From the human T2T-CHM13v2.0 reference genome, Homo sapiens: a stretch of DNA of 64,000 nt. The position numbers and the translations under genes are program-made. The notes beneath the pieces were generated by a model, which was given only the letters and a program-made list of their open reading frames with translations, was not told where the DNA came from and searched no databases. Where the stretch lies: assembly GCF_009914755.1 (NCBI RefSeq), contig NC_060928.1; one strand, given 5' to 3'. This document shows, one piece after another, positions 61,621 through 64,000 of the stretch (position 1 is its first letter; every line of letters starts with the position of its first letter).

Positions 61621-61990
61621 TGCTGTGGTCTGAATGTGTCTTCTCCAATATGTCTGTGTTGAAAGTTAACGACCAATGTAATAGTATTAAGAGGTGGGGT
61701 CTTTAAGAGATGATTAGGTCATGTGGGCTCCTCCCTCATGAATGCTATTATGATCCTATAAAAGAGGCTTCATGAAACATATTAAGCCCTGCTTCCTTCT
61801 TCTACTATGTGAGGATGCAGCAACAAAGCTCCATCTTGGGAGGAGAGACTCAACTCTACCAGACACCAATCCTACCTGAGCCTTAATATTGGGCTTCCCA
61901 GCCTCCAGAACTGTGAGAAATAAATTTCTGTGCTTTATAAATTACCCAGTCTCAGGTATTTTGTTATGGCAGCACAAACAGACGAAGACA
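61621..61990. mobile_element. MaLR solo LTR (MST/MLT1A-like)
   Basis: TGCTGTGGTCTGAATGTGTC...CCAGCCTCCAGAACTGTGAGAAATAAATTTCTG...AAGACA; near-TSD GTTGC/GTTAC. Confidence 0.85.
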
Positions 61991-62393
61991 GTTACTATTA
62001 GAAGCACTGATCAGGGAAGTGAAATGGATTAATTTATTTGGAGAATTTGGAGTGAAGGATGGAATAGAGGGATGAGAGACAGATGAGGGAAACTAGTTAG
62101 GAGGCTAGCACAGTAGTCGATATGAAAACTCAAGAAGCATCTTACCCATAGTGTAATTAGGAAGTAGCTTGTTCTTGCTGAGTCCATGCTGATGTCTTCT
62201 GATCACTTTCCCCTCAATACCCAACAGAGTTTTAATAGTCTGTTGGTCTCCAGTGGAAGAGAAAGTCAGACAGATCCTAATTCTCTGTCCTATTGATGCT
62301 TATATGCTTGGTTCCTAAGGAATGGTATGAAAAATAACATAGAAGTGAAATTCCTAACCTGATTTTGCTCAGCCTCCTAAAAAATATATTCAG

Positions 62394-62685
<292 letters not shown>

Positions 62686-62744
62686 ATATATATATATATG
62701 TGTGTATATATATATATGTGTGTGTGTGTGTATATATATATATA
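62686..62744. repeat. Compound (TA)n/(TG)n microsatellite at Alu tail
   Basis: ATATATATATATATGTGTGTATATATATATATGTGTGTGTGTGTGTATATATATATATA. Confidence 0.92.
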
Positions 62745-62899
62745 GGGATATCTCCCATATCACCCTCCGATGACCCCACATCCCATTCCAGCTCCCTCCA
62801 GTTACTGGCCCAATTTTTTTTTTTTTTTCCTTCAAGAGTTATAGTGGCTACCTTCACCTGCACTCCCTTGCCTTTTCTTTGGTTTACCAGCTGGGCTTC

Positions 62900-64000
62900 T
62901 GACCTCATCATTCCACTAAAATTGCTCTTATAATGTCACGAGCCACCTAGAGCTTGTGAGATATAGTGGTCCCTTCTTTGTACTTTTCTTACTCAACTTC
63001 TCAGTAGCTTTTGTCATAGTTTGGCAAGAGAATGTTTCTTCTATCTTGAAACACTCTCTTTTGGCTCTTGGAGAACCACACCTGCCTGTTTTTCCTTCAA
63101 CTTTCTAGTAGTCTCTACCCAGTCTTCTTTGCTTCTACCTCTTCTTCTCAATTCTGATTTTTATGTCCCCTGAGAACTTGGTCTCCTACATTTCTCTTCT
63201 GGACACCCTTCCAGATGAACTCATCCAGTCTTACAGTGTTAACTACCACCTAATTGATGGTAACTCTCAGTTGTTAATCTATTACTTCAGACTCTTCGAA
63301 GAGCTCCACACTTCTCTATTCAACTGCCATTGTGACTTTTCTAGTTGGCTGTTAACTACACATCTCAAACTCAACATGGCTAAAGTAGAACCCTTGATTC
63401 CACTCCCTGCAATCTGTTTCTTTCCCAGTCTTCTTCTATAGCTCTAAGTGGTGATGACTGTTGCTGCAGCCAAAGCCTAGGAGTCGTCTTCGATTTCTCT
63501 TTTTCCATTATCCCTCATCCAAATTATTCAACCCATTGCAAATACACCACTTCCTTTGCTCCATTACAGAGCCCAAGCCTGAGGCGCCATTATATCTTAT
63601 CTGGACTACTGCAGTGTCTCCAAACTCATCCCTTTGTTTCTGTTCCTGCTTATTCTTTCCACCAGACATCCAAAGACATCTTCTAAAACCCAATGAAATC
63701 ATGCCATTCCCCTGCTCAAAACCTCTCTAGTGGCTTCCCCAGTACTTAGACTAAAGTCCTGTATCTTTGCTGGGGCCTATCATGTAGACTTCATCTCCCA
63801 CACCCTTCCCGTTGCTCTCTGGACTCCAGCCACCCTGGTGTTTATATTGCTCAAACATGACAACCTCATTCTTCACCTGGGATCTTTGCATCCGCTGTTG
63901 CCTCTGCCTGGAAGCATGGCTGCTTCCTTAGGTCACTATGGACTCAGCTCAAACCTCGCCCTCTGGCCACCCACTCAAAAGTAGCCCCACACTAAGCAAT
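62900..64000 (+). mobile_element. L2 LINE fragment
   Basis: CATCTCAAACTCAACATGGCTAAA..., CCCTGCTCAAAACCTC.CTAGTGGCTTCCC, GCTGTTGCCTCTGCCTGGAA. Confidence 0.8.

Overview
Primate, almost certainly human, genomic DNA. It is recognisable as the PGM2-TBC1D1 locus on 4p14 from the translated exons. The + strand carries the last two coding exons and 3' UTR of PGM2 (4689-4822, 10591-10693), then a ~27 kb repeat-rich intergenic stretch. This is followed by the CpG-island promoter and non-coding exon 1 of TBC1D1 (donor at 40425) and its first coding exon (51080-51589, ATG at 51173). Most remaining sequence is Alu, L1, L2, MIR, LTR or DNA-transposon derived, including a near full-length HSMAR2 mariner and a MADE1 MITE. 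Almost all ORF-track entries are Alu or GC-rich artefacts. Five observations stand out. (1) An 833-bp nested tandem array built entirely from one 71-bp AT-rich palindrome (32802-33634). (2) An old template-switch scar: an inverted duplication enclosing a copy of sequence 1.15 kb away (29675-29994). (3) TBC1D1 exon 2 is exactly 510 nt, stop-free in its coding frame and flanked by inverted Alus, so a circular form would carry an endless ORF. (4) The spliced TBC1D1 leader is open in frame with the CDS for ~178 codons and also contains two uORFs. (5) A duplicated E-box/CTCF-like 16-mer abuts a perfect MEF2/TATA element in the promoter. Repeat subfamily names and repeat boundaries are by-eye estimates; no database search was run.
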